A model generated the notes under the pieces. That model was not told the DNA's origin, ran no database searches, and saw only the letters and a list, made by a program, of their open reading frames with translations. A stretch of DNA of 64,000 bases from Cyclobacteriaceae bacterium. Lineage in GTDB: Bacteria > Bacteroidota > Bacteroidia > Cytophagales > Cyclobacteriaceae. Shown one piece after another: positions 18,575-27,834 of this stretch. Location of the stretch: NCBI GenBank assembly GCA_046541235.1, contig JBKHDR010000011.1, positions 518 to 64,517 on the forward strand, read 5' to 3'. Every line of letters starts with the position of its first letter. The first letter of the stretch is position 1. The position numbers and the translations under genes are program-made.

Positions 18575-19102
18575 TTGATGGAAATAGAAATGATGAACAT
18601 GAAAAATAAATCTGATAAAATTCTTCTGCTGGGCGACCCACGCCTGCATGAGAAAAGCCGGGCGATAAGCCAGGATGAATTGCCTTATGTATTGGAGGTG
18701 GTACAGGAACTACACGATATTCTCTTTGAATTTAAAGCGAAGTATGGCGCCTTCCGGGCGATAGCCGCACCCCAGATTGGTGAAATGATCCGCCTGATCT
18801 ATATGAATATAGATAAGCCGGTAGTGATCATCAACCCGGAATTCACTTACCTGAGTGAGGAAAAATTTGAGGTCTGGGATGACTGCATGTGTTTCCCCAA
18901 CCTGCTGGTCAGGCTGGAGAGGCATCAGGACTGCACCATGGAGTACCTGGATGAAAACTTTGAGCTACAGCGAATGGAACTTTCCGGCTCGCTTTCTGAG
19001 CTGCTACAGCATGAGTATGATCATCTTGAAGGCATCCTGGCCACCCAGCGGGCGATAGATGGCCAGTCTTTTAAATGGAGAAAGGCCATTGGCCAACTGT
19101 AA
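18575..19102 (+). CDS. def: Peptide deformylase-like protein with variant motifs (start may be ATG 18599)
   Basis: LGDPRL, AIAAPQIG, INPE, DDCMCFP (usually EGCLS), QHEYDHLEG (HExxH). Confidence 0.8.
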   Translation: MMEIEMMNMKNKSDKILLLGDPRLHEKSRAISQDELPYVLEVVQELHDILFEFKAKYGAFRAIAAPQIGEMIRLIYMNIDKPVVIINPEFTYLSEEKFEVWDDCMCFPNLLVRLERHQDCTMEYLDENFELQRMELSGSLSELLQHEYDHLEGILATQRAIDGQSFKWRKAIGQL

Positions 19103-19206
19103 TCTTTTTTTCGTTTAGAGGCTTAGCAGCTCATTTAAAACTATCCTGCAAATTTTGCAATCAGCTTTCTGCTACTTTATTTTTCTGTACAAATGTACCT
19201 GATCGC

Positions 19207-19917
19207 TTAAAAGCTCATCAACTCCTTGAGCCTGATCGTTTGTCTTCTGGAAACGTCTACCTTGGTGCCGTCTTTTAAAAAAACACGTAAAGTGCCGCTG
19301 AACCAGGGTTCTACCCTGTCTACCCATTTCAGGTTGATCATCTGCTGACGATTGGCCCGAAAGAACACCTCCGGATCAAGTCGCGACTCCAGGTAATTCA
19401 GCGTCTTGGGAATCATGGGTCGCTGCTCCTGAAAATAGATCCGTGTGTAGTTGTCCTCTACCTCAAAGAGCCGAATATCTCTCAGATATACAAACCAGCA
19501 TTTTTCACCATCTTTGACAAATACCTGGCTCTCTTCGTGCATCACTTTTTTACTTTGCCTGGCTTTTATTCTTTCTCTTACTTTTTGCAGTGCCTCTTGC
19601 AGGCGAGCGGGAGTTACCGGCTTTTGCAGGTAATCAAGTGCATTGTACTCAAAAGCTTTGATGGCATAGGCATCATAGGCGGTCACAAACACCACCTCGG
19701 GCGCTTCGTCCAGTTGTTCCAGCATTTCAAATCCGTTCATACCAGGCATCTGTATGTCCAGAAATACCAGGTCGGGAGTTGACCTCCTGATCAGGTCAAG
19801 TCCCTGACGGGCGTTTTCTGCCTCGCCTACAATTTTAATATCATCATGGCTGCTCAGCAGGTAGCTAAGTTCGTTACGTGCCAGGCGGGTATCGTCAATC
19901 AGCAGGGTTTTGATCAT
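19207..19917 (-). CDS. LytTR-family response regulator
   Basis: IDD, FLDIQMPGMNGF (phospho-Asp), VTAYD, DYLQKP; LytTR FFRANRQQMINL and VSRRQ. Confidence 0.95.
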   Translation of the reverse strand: MIKTLLIDDTRLARNELSYLLSSHDDIKIVGEAENARQGLDLIRRSTPDLVFLDIQMPGMNGFEMLEQLDEAPEVVFVTAYDAYAIKAFEYNALDYLQKPVTPARLQEALQKVRERIKARQSKKVMHEESQVFVKDGEKCWFVYLRDIRLFEVEDNYTRIYFQEQRPMIPKTLNYLESRLDPEVFFRANRQQMINLKWVDRVEPWFSGTLRVFLKDGTKVDVSRRQTIRLKELMSF

Positions 19918-20962
19918 AGATTGGCAAAATTAAATGCGCTACTACTCTGTCTGAATTTTGGGTGAGAGAAAAAGCAGGTTTTTCACCATAAAGTATCCTT
20001 ACTCTTTCCAGCACATTGCGCAGTCCGGTGCCCGAAAATTCATTGTTGCGCAAATGCCCGGTGTTTTCTACCATCAGGTGAAGACCGTCTTTTATCTGTG
20101 TCCTGAGCAGGATCATCCCACCGCCTTCCAGTTGAGATATACCGTGTTTGATAGCATTTTCCGCCATCACCTGTAGGCTCATAGGCGGTATCAGCAGCTT
20201 TTCAGTCTGAGGATCTATATCAAAACAATAGGTCAACCTTTTTTCATAATGAATACTTTCCAGTTGAAGGTAGTTTTTTACTACTTCCACTTCCTCAATG
20301 AGCATTACCTGCGACTGCTGCGAAAACCTGATGGAGTAACGCAACAGGTCAGAAAGATTGGAAATAGCGTCGCGGGAAGCATGAGGGTTCATCAATACCA
20401 GCGCCCGGATGTTATTCAGTGCATTGAACAGAAAATGGGGATTGATCTGTGCCTTGAGGGCAATCAGTTCGGCCTCCTTAATGGCAGCTTCAGCTTTTAC
20501 CGCTTCCACCTTGGCATTACGTGCATTCTCAAAATTATAGTATCCAAAGTAAAAACCCGACCAGACTATCATGACAAGAAATACATTAGCCAGGTAAAAT
20601 GGAAACTCCGACCAGTCTATCGGACGTACGGTTTGCCAATTGAGCACAGTAAGCATGACCAGGTGAATTATCACCTGCGCTACGAAGGCGGCCACCAGAG
20701 ACCCGGCCAGCAGGTAGAGACTCAGCCGCAGGAGAGGGAGCGCAAACCAGTTCCTTTTTTTAATGACTAACCTGAACCAATGCGCACAGAGCAGGCAGCT
20801 GGCACCTATGGTCAACTGCAAAAGAATAAGTTTAAAAGGAAGGGGAGACTCATTGAAATATAATATGGAAAAGAGTAGGGAACCGGTAAAGGTCCCCCAC
20901 CCTATGATTTGCAACAGCCAGTATAAACTGTTCCTGCTTATTTTCAGCTCATTCACCATCAT
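19895..20962 (-). CDS. LytS/YehU-family membrane sensor histidine kinase
   Basis: About 4 N-terminal TM segments; LKAQINPHFLFNALNNI; ENAIKHG. Confidence 0.93.
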   Translation of the reverse strand: MMVNELKISRNSLYWLLQIIGWGTFTGSLLFSILYFNESPLPFKLILLQLTIGASCLLCAHWFRLVIKKRNWFALPLLRLSLYLLAGSLVAAFVAQVIIHLVMLTVLNWQTVRPIDWSEFPFYLANVFLVMIVWSGFYFGYYNFENARNAKVEAVKAEAAIKEAELIALKAQINPHFLFNALNNIRALVLMNPHASRDAISNLSDLLRYSIRFSQQSQVMLIEEVEVVKNYLQLESIHYEKRLTYCFDIDPQTEKLLIPPMSLQVMAENAIKHGISQLEGGGMILLRTQIKDGLHLMVENTGHLRNNEFSGTGLRNVLERVRILYGEKPAFSLTQNSDRVVAHLILPIYDQNPAD

Positions 20963-21009
20963 AGTGTAATATCACAAAAGGCGCGTACATTTAGCAGAAC
21001 AAAAATTAG

Positions 21010-21921
21010 CTAATTTTGCGATACGTTGGTAGCCGGCAGTCCAAAAAAGTCCTGTAGTTGTGCAAAGAAGAAGGGCTTGTCATCCCACATGATAAAGTGC
21101 CTGCCCCGGTCGGTCATTTCCAGGCGGTAGCCATTAAGCTGATGGTACTGAGCATGGTAAATCTGGGAAGTAGACTCCCGGGTAGCGCCATAGTCCTGGT
21201 AGGCTACCCAGGCACCCAGTACCAGCACAGGCGACTGTATGGCAGCTATATCATCGCGCAGGTCGGTGGTGTAAAGGTTGTACATGGCCTGGGCCACTGT
21301 GCGGGGATCACTCTTTAATCCCCACTGTATGGCGGTGTCGATATCCTCCTCGGCGGTGATCATCATTTTCAGCATCTGGCGGTTGTACTGACTCTGGCTG
21401 CTGCCCTGCTGCAGGCTCATCTGCTTCATATTTTCCGCCATAGGTTTGGCCTTTTCCTCGGTCATGCTGGGGTCCATCATGCCTCCCAGAAAGGGAAGTC
21501 CGTCCACGACCAGGATTTTGCCGAAGCTGTCAGGTTGGCGGCTGGCCAGGTCCAGGGACAGAAAGCCGCCCAGGCTGTGGCCTATCAGGTGCACTTTCGA
21601 CAGGTTTTGCTCATCTATGTAGCGGAAAATTTCATCCCGGATCAGGCCCAGGTAATCATCAGGCACCGAGTCAAGCGCGGTGTGTCCGGCAAAGCCCGGG
21701 AGCGTAAGCACATGGCACTGATAGTGCTTTTGCAGCATGGCTACTGTTTCCTGCCATACCTCTCCCGGGCAGGTCATGCCGGGGATCAGGATGACTGCTT
21801 CACCCTGCCCGGATACTTCGCTTTTAAAAGAATACGTTTGAGCTTTGACCAGATTTGTTGCGAGTAGGGTCACGATCGTGGTCAGCAAAAGGACAGCTTT
21901 AAAGTTTCTTACCGTTTTCAT
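21010..21921 (-). CDS. Secreted alpha/beta hydrolase
   Basis: Signal peptide; oxyanion LIPG; nucleophile elbow GHSLGG; catalytic His region RHFIMWD. Confidence 0.9.
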   Translation of the reverse strand: MKTVRNFKAVLLLTTIVTLLATNLVKAQTYSFKSEVSGQGEAVILIPGMTCPGEVWQETVAMLQKHYQCHVLTLPGFAGHTALDSVPDDYLGLIRDEIFRYIDEQNLSKVHLIGHSLGGFLSLDLASRQPDSFGKILVVDGLPFLGGMMDPSMTEEKAKPMAENMKQMSLQQGSSQSQYNRQMLKMMITAEEDIDTAIQWGLKSDPRTVAQAMYNLYTTDLRDDIAAIQSPVLVLGAWVAYQDYGATRESTSQIYHAQYHQLNGYRLEMTDRGRHFIMWDDKPFFFAQLQDFFGLPATNVSQN

Positions 21922-21991
21922 GTTTAGTATAATTTTAGTTGCTGAATAGGTCTAAATTAGGAACCGATAAGAGGCTTTCCATCAGATTTTG

Positions 21992-22020
21992 GGTAAGCGG
22001 TCGTTATGGATGGTAAGTGG
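21992..22020 (-). promoter_or_regulatory. Putative LytTR-binding direct repeat upstream of the hydrolase-lytS-lytTR operon
   Basis: GGTAAGCGG (21992-22000) and GGTAAGTGG (22012-22020), 20-nt period, ~70 nt upstream of the hydrolase start. Confidence 0.5.
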
Positions 22021-22160
22021 ATAGCAGGCTAAATAAATGTCAATCTTCAAGTTTAAAACCTGATTGTAAGGCATTCTCTAAACTTCTGCTAAACTTCAGG
22101 ATCAGTCAGATAATTTTATAGCCAGTCTGAAATCAATAGGTAGTTTTCAAACAGCATCTT

Positions 22161-22910
22161 ATGGTAAAACTGAGTAAGCGACTACTTTTACTTTTTCTGC
22201 TGATGCCTGTTTCTCTTCTGGCTCAGTCGCTTGTCAGGGGTAAGGTCATAAGTGCCGAAAATAATATTCCTTTAGAGGGTGTACATATACAAAACCTGCA
22301 TACCGGCGAGGGTGGCCTCAGTTTTCCTGATGGCAGCTTTCTCCTTCAGGCCAAACCCGGAGATACCTTGAATTTTTCTTCTGTAGGTTTTCTTCCCTAT
22401 CAGCATTTGGTAGGCGAGCAGGATGTACTACAGATCTATATGCTGCCCGAAATCAGGGTGCTGCCTGAGGCCCAGGTATATGCCAGGCGTTACGAATTGC
22501 TTCGTAAGAAAGACAGGAAAACACATCGTATACCTGGCGTCAGGTCTATAGAAAAAACGACTCGGTTCAGGTCCATGACTATGGAATGGAAAAAGGGAAA
22601 GGAAGATATTCCCACGTTTTCAGTAGGTTTTACAGTTTACGGTCCGTTCAGCCATTATAGCAAAACAGAAAAACAGCTGAGGAAAATGCAGGAAACTACT
22701 TTGTCAGAAAAACAGGAACAAGATTATCTCTATACTATTCATAAGCACGATACCCGGCAATTTTTTAAAAAGCACCATCAGCTTAATGACCAGCAATACG
22801 ATAGCCTGCTGCTGAAATTCAACCGGGAACGTCTGCCCCTGATACAAAATGAAGACAAAGACAGCGTACTGGGTCTGCTCATGCTTTTTTTTGCTGAAAA
22901 TTGTCCCTGA
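22161..22910 (+). CDS. Secreted protein with carboxypeptidase-regulatory-like domain
   Basis: Signal peptide; VRGKV...PLEGVHI...DGSF...DTLNFSSVGF...LPEAQV. Confidence 0.75.
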   Translation: MVKLSKRLLLLFLLMPVSLLAQSLVRGKVISAENNIPLEGVHIQNLHTGEGGLSFPDGSFLLQAKPGDTLNFSSVGFLPYQHLVGEQDVLQIYMLPEIRVLPEAQVYARRYELLRKKDRKTHRIPGVRSIEKTTRFRSMTMEWKKGKEDIPTFSVGFTVYGPFSHYSKTEKQLRKMQETTLSEKQEQDYLYTIHKHDTRQFFKKHHQLNDQQYDSLLLKFNRERLPLIQNEDKDSVLGLLMLFFAENCP

Positions 22911-23018
22911 GGTTTTGATGAATTTTAGCCTTTATCAATCTTTAACCCTCAGGATGCGTTACGGCTAAGTAGAATCACAGGTCTGACTCTGCTGATTCTA
23001 TCCATTGTACCCTAAGCT

Positions 23019-23822
23019 ATGATACAGCAAGACATAACCCAAAACAATGAGCAGGAGCCCTACATCTGGCGTTACCTTCCCGAATACGAGGTGAAGGCGA
23101 TGGGCGAACTGATCAGCTGGCAGGAAAAGATGCAGCGCCCGCCCAGCCTGGGCAACCGAATATCAAAAGGGCTGCAACACCGTATCAACCGCCTGATCCC
23201 GGAAAAAGTGCATCAGGCCATTACCGTGGTGATCAGGCAGATGGTACGCTCCATCCTATTTGGCTCTGAGTTTACCAACCCTAAACCCACCCAGGAAGGC
23301 TCACTGCGCCAGCGAGAGATAAAAGTGCTGAAGCGTATTGATCTTTACAACCGCCTGGCAGCTACCGAAGGTGGTATTACCGGCGCGGGCGGCTTCCTCA
23401 TGTCTATGGCTGACTTCCCGCTCTTCCTGAGTCTGAAGATGAAAATGCTCTACGAGATTGCCGCCCTCTACGGCCATGATGTGCGCGATTATCGCGAAAG
23501 ATTATATCTGCTCAGGGTCTTCCAGCTGGCCTTTTCCAGCCAGCAGATGCGCAATGAAATCTACCAGCAGATACAGGACTGGGAAAGCCAAAGCCAGCTT
23601 CTGCCTTATGATGTCAATGCTTTTGACTGGCGCAGCTTTCAGCTGGAATACCGGGATTACCTGGACCTGGCCAAGCTCGCGCAGATGCTGCCTGGAATAG
23701 GTGCGGCCGTGGGCATCGTTGTCAATTACCGTATGACACGTCAATTGGGTAAAACTGCCATGAACGCATACCGCATGCGATGGGCCGCCCGTAACCGTCA
23801 GCAGCAAACTTCTCCTCATTGA
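23019..23822 (+). CDS. EcsC family protein
   Basis: EGGITGAGG, DFPLFL, EIAALYG, KLAQMLPGIGAAVG. Confidence 0.85.
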   Translation: MIQQDITQNNEQEPYIWRYLPEYEVKAMGELISWQEKMQRPPSLGNRISKGLQHRINRLIPEKVHQAITVVIRQMVRSILFGSEFTNPKPTQEGSLRQREIKVLKRIDLYNRLAATEGGITGAGGFLMSMADFPLFLSLKMKMLYEIAALYGHDVRDYRERLYLLRVFQLAFSSQQMRNEIYQQIQDWESQSQLLPYDVNAFDWRSFQLEYRDYLDLAKLAQMLPGIGAAVGIVVNYRMTRQLGKTAMNAYRMRWAARNRQQQTSPH

Positions 23823-23910
23823 AAAAACTTAACTTAAGAAGGCATTTTCCGGTTCTTTTTTTAATTGAGGACCCAAAAAGTCAAAAGTCTCCGTACTATA
23901 ATGCCTGCAT

Positions 23911-24525
23911 ATGATACAGATATCAAAGCTTTTTTTGCTACTACCTACCTTACTCGTAACCACCCTCTGCCTTGCCCAGGATAAGAAGCGGGAGTATGAG
24001 AAGCGCATAGCGAGGAATGAAATTCCCGAACAGGTGCTGTCAGATGTTGAACCTTTACTGAAGGATGCCGATAAAGTCCGGTATTATAAGGAGTATGACG
24101 GAACACAGATCTCTTATGAGGTGAAATTCCTTTGGAAAGGGAGGCCACTAAGTGTGGAGTTTTACGAGGATGGTCACATCATGGATATTGAAGAACTTCT
24201 GAGCCTTAGCGATATTAGCAGAAGCGCTCGTTCAGGCATTACCAAGACTTTAGAGAACCGTTTCAGTCGCTACCGTATTGAGCGGCTACAGCGGCAGTAC
24301 TCTGCTGAAGAGGATGAGGATGAGGATAAGGATGAATATAATGAAGAGGTGATTGAAGAGTTTATGGAAGATGACACCGACGACCTCATCATTCGTTACG
24401 AGATGATCGCCCAGCTCAAAGGGGATGGTATTTTTGGCCCGTACGAGCTGCTTTTTGATAAAAACGGGAATTTAGTAAATCAACGCAAAGTAGAAAGGAG
24501 GTCGGCAGATAATGTGCTTTACTAA
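23911..24525 (+). CDS. Secreted acidic hypothetical protein (PepSY/BLIP-like repeats)
   Basis: Signal peptide; YEVKF..SVEFYEDG and YELLFDKNG repeats; D/E-rich stretch. Confidence 0.6.
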   Translation: MIQISKLFLLLPTLLVTTLCLAQDKKREYEKRIARNEIPEQVLSDVEPLLKDADKVRYYKEYDGTQISYEVKFLWKGRPLSVEFYEDGHIMDIEELLSLSDISRSARSGITKTLENRFSRYRIERLQRQYSAEEDEDEDKDEYNEEVIEEFMEDDTDDLIIRYEMIAQLKGDGIFGPYELLFDKNGNLVNQRKVERRSADNVLY

Positions 24526-25213
24526 AAAGAAGCTTTTATTCGCTCTGCTCTTGTTTTTCTCCCCCCTGCTTACCCTGGCTCAATCCCCTCTGTTGCGCTG
24601 GGAGCCTGATCTCTCCTACTCCTGGAAACCTGCCGATCGCTGGTCATTCAATACCTCCGCCGGGGGGCGCAATACCTGGTTCAGTCAGCAAGAGAATGGC
24701 CCTGAAGGAAACTATGCCTGGGAACATGTGGAGATCAGGCTGTTCGCTACCTACAGCTTATTTGGCGATAACAGGGTCGGTGGCGGCTACCAGTTTCGCT
24801 GGCGTGACCCTCTTGAATCAGATGAGTTTGGTTACGAACATCGCACCCAGCAACAGTTTGCCTTTATCAGTTATACCGGTACGCGGCGTCTGAGTCACCG
24901 TATCCGCTCGGAGCAGCGCATACGTGATATTGGGTTCATCCAGAGATTCAGGTATAGGCTCAGCTATGAGTTTCCACTGACCGGGGATCAGATTGATCCG
25001 GGTGAGAAATACCTTGTTCTTTCCAATGAAGTCGTTTATTCCATCTCTGATGCCCCCCCGGAAATTGATAACCGCCTCTACCTGGGCCTGGGCTGGTTTT
25101 TTAACAGGCAACGCCAGTTAGAGACCGGGCTGCAGTTTAGGGTAGAAGCTTATAACACTGAAACTCCAGAGCCTATTTTTCACTTGAATACTACCTATTT
25201 TCTTAGCAGGTAA
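24512..25213 (+). CDS. DUF2490 outer-membrane beta-barrel protein
   Basis: EHRTQQQF, HRIRSEQR, RFRYRL, NEV, NRLYLGLG. Overlaps the upstream gene by 14 nt. Confidence 0.8.
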   Translation: MCFTKKKLLFALLLFFSPLLTLAQSPLLRWEPDLSYSWKPADRWSFNTSAGGRNTWFSQQENGPEGNYAWEHVEIRLFATYSLFGDNRVGGGYQFRWRDPLESDEFGYEHRTQQQFAFISYTGTRRLSHRIRSEQRIRDIGFIQRFRYRLSYEFPLTGDQIDPGEKYLVLSNEVVYSISDAPPEIDNRLYLGLGWFFNRQRQLETGLQFRVEAYNTETPEPIFHLNTTYFLSR

Positions 25214-25244
25214 AAAACCGGAGGCTCTCACCTCCGGCCTTTTG
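25212..25244. terminator. Bidirectional terminator between convergent genes
   Basis: AAAAAA-CCGGAGG-ctctca-CCTCCGG-ccTTTT. Confidence 0.75.
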
Positions 25245-27662
25245 CTAAAATTCCGAGTCATTTCCTCCGCCGTAGTCTCCGCCACCACCACCTCTCTGGC
25301 CTCCACGCTGGCTTCTTTTGACCTGGTTGAGACGATAACTGAAAGATAGCGTCAGCTGGCGCTGTGCCCACTGAAATTCATTCACCTGGAAGAAATTTTC
25401 TGCCATGGTTTCAGCTCTGAACCGCCGGGAATTCAGTATGTCGCGTACGTTGAAAGAGAGCGTACCTTTCTTGTTCAGGATCTCGCGTGAGGCGCCCAGG
25501 TCAAAGGAATAGAAAGCCAGCGTTTTTCCCTGCGGATTCCGTTGCGGTGCGCGGTAAAAGCCGGTAAGCTGCAATTCAAAAAGATTCGGAATATCCCATT
25601 TAGAAGTAAAACGGCTGCTTAGTGCGTAAGTATCTGCATCAAAGTTCTGTCCGTCAAGTTCACCATCGGTAATTGAGCGGAAGATATTGAGGTTAGCATT
25701 AAGCTGCCACCAGGAATAAAGGTCTCTGGCCGCATTAAATTCAAAGCCAAAAGAATTCTCAATACCCAGGTTCTCAGGCCGGGTCAGGGTCCTCCCCTCA
25801 TCAAGCGTCCTGACAAATCTCACCACCACATCGTCGGTATGGCGGTAAAAGCCACCAAAATAGAAGTTACCGCTTTTGAAATTATAAAGATAACCCAGCT
25901 CATAGCTATCAGTAAATTCAGGATCAAGATCAGGGTTCCCGGTTCTTAGGTTACGCGGGTCGCTGAAACTGAAGAAAGGGTTCAGCGAGCGGAAGCCCGG
26001 GCGGTTGATGCGGCGGCTGTAGCTTCCCTGCAGCGAGCTGCCTTTTTTAAGTTCGTAAGTCAGAAAAGCACTGGGAAAGAAGTTGAGATAATTTTTGTCG
26101 TAGCGTTCGTCTGTCTCAATAAGGTGAGTAATGATATCGGTAGATTCAAGCCGCAGCCCGCCCTGGTACGACCATTTACCGCTCTTGTTACTCAGGATGG
26201 CATAGGCCGCATGAATATTTTCATCATAGTTAAAGGTATTGCTGAAATTATCCAGGGTAAACCAATCGCCTGATTCCTCCTGTTCTTCCACCAGGAAACG
26301 AGTGTCAATATCGCGCAGGGTGCTGCGGTAGCCTATTTCAAATTTTGCCTTCTCTGCAAAAGGGTGTACATAATCGGCCTGGAAAAACCACTGTAACTCA
26401 TTTTCATCGTTGAGCGAACGTTGAAAAAGGTTGGGCAGCATCTCCTGCATACCGTCACGCTCTACCTGCGTGGCATCTTCTACTTCATTGCTTTCGCGGT
26501 ATTGCATGGTGGCCGACAGTTCCCTGCCCTTCCGGGCAAATGTTCGCTTATAATAAAGCTCATACTCCTGGTTACGCTCGTCTTCATATTCGTTGTCAGT
26601 TCGCAGGGTGCGACGGAAGAGCTCATTTTGCAGGTTAAAATCACGGTACCAGGTATCGGTTACATTGTTCTGATCAGCCACATTGTAGAGCAGGGAAGCC
26701 GTAATGGTATTAAATTCATTGATGATAAAATCCGTGCCCACCCTGATATTGTGCGAAAGCCCGCCTCTCACCCGCTCGTTCTCTATCAGTGAGGCCGAAA
26801 TGGAATCAGAGTTGTAGAAAAGCTGATTTCTGCTTCCGCTGCCGGGTGTACGGCGGTAGTTGACGCCATAATTGACAAAGAAGTTGACCCAGTTTTGCCG
26901 ATAATTGAGATTTACCGAAGCACCGTAGTTTTCAGGCGTACCTACGTTGGTGGTAAATGAACCGTTTAGGCCTGAATTCTTTTTCTTTTTAAGAACAATA
27001 TTAATGATACCTGCCGATCCTTCTGCGTCGTAACGAGCTGAAGGATTGGTGACAACCTCTACCCTTTCAATGACATCGCCCTGCAGCGTACGCAGTCCAT
27101 CCGTATTACCAATGCCAATCAGGCCGGAGGGTTTGCCATCCACCAGTATCCTGACGTTCTGGCTGCCCCGCAGACTTACATTACCATCCACATCCACCGT
27201 AACTGAAGGGATGTTGTCCAGGATGTCAGCTGCATTTCTTCCGGTATTAGCCAGGTCCTGGGTGACATCAAATACTCTCTTGTCAAGTTCCAGCGTCATT
27301 TGCTCACGCTGCCCCTCCACTACCAGTTCGCTCAGCAGGGCAGTAGCCGGTTTGATCATCAGCCTGCCCAGGTCCCTGGGATTGCTGCCTACCTCTACGT
27401 CTTCTATCTGCATCTTTTCATAGGAGACAAACTGAAGGCGAACGGTGTAGGTACCGGGACTGAGTGAAAGGTTAAAATTGCCGGAGGCATCCGTCAGCCC
27501 GCCGCCCACCAGGGTGGAATCAGGCCCCTGCAGCACACTGACAGTGGCATATTCCAGAGGCACATTGGTGTCAGCATCAAATAATTGCCCCCGTAAAAGT
27601 GCCTGGGCCATCAGGGAAGAAGTACTAAATAATGTAAGAAGTAATAATGTAATTTTGTACAT
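25245..27662 (-). CDS. TonB-dependent receptor / outer-membrane beta-barrel family protein
   Basis: Signal peptide; N-terminal carboxypeptidase-regulatory domain; plug ILDNIPSVTVD...ILVDGKP...IERVEVVTNPSARYDAEG; barrel SYSRRINRP and GNPDLDPEF; terminal Phe. Confidence 0.9.
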   Translation of the reverse strand: MYKITLLLLTLFSTSSLMAQALLRGQLFDADTNVPLEYATVSVLQGPDSTLVGGGLTDASGNFNLSLSPGTYTVRLQFVSYEKMQIEDVEVGSNPRDLGRLMIKPATALLSELVVEGQREQMTLELDKRVFDVTQDLANTGRNAADILDNIPSVTVDVDGNVSLRGSQNVRILVDGKPSGLIGIGNTDGLRTLQGDVIERVEVVTNPSARYDAEGSAGIINIVLKKKKNSGLNGSFTTNVGTPENYGASVNLNYRQNWVNFFVNYGVNYRRTPGSGSRNQLFYNSDSISASLIENERVRGGLSHNIRVGTDFIINEFNTITASLLYNVADQNNVTDTWYRDFNLQNELFRRTLRTDNEYEDERNQEYELYYKRTFARKGRELSATMQYRESNEVEDATQVERDGMQEMLPNLFQRSLNDENELQWFFQADYVHPFAEKAKFEIGYRSTLRDIDTRFLVEEQEESGDWFTLDNFSNTFNYDENIHAAYAILSNKSGKWSYQGGLRLESTDIITHLIETDERYDKNYLNFFPSAFLTYELKKGSSLQGSYSRRINRPGFRSLNPFFSFSDPRNLRTGNPDLDPEFTDSYELGYLYNFKSGNFYFGGFYRHTDDVVVRFVRTLDEGRTLTRPENLGIENSFGFEFNAARDLYSWWQLNANLNIFRSITDGELDGQNFDADTYALSSRFTSKWDIPNLFELQLTGFYRAPQRNPQGKTLAFYSFDLGASREILNKKGTLSFNVRDILNSRRFRAETMAENFFQVNEFQWAQRQLTLSFSYRLNQVKRSQRGGQRGGGGGDYGGGNDSEF

Positions 27663-27834
27663 GAAGATGTTTAGTTCGGTGAGGGTCTGCTAATTCATAC
27701 GTCAAAAATAACCGTATTGAAGGTCGTATGGCGGTGCGCCAACAGGCATTATAGACCAACCTGATGCTCCCTTAGACCAAACCGCATTTTTCATTAAAAA
27801 CGAACAAATAAACAAGACAAAAAACCCGACTGCC

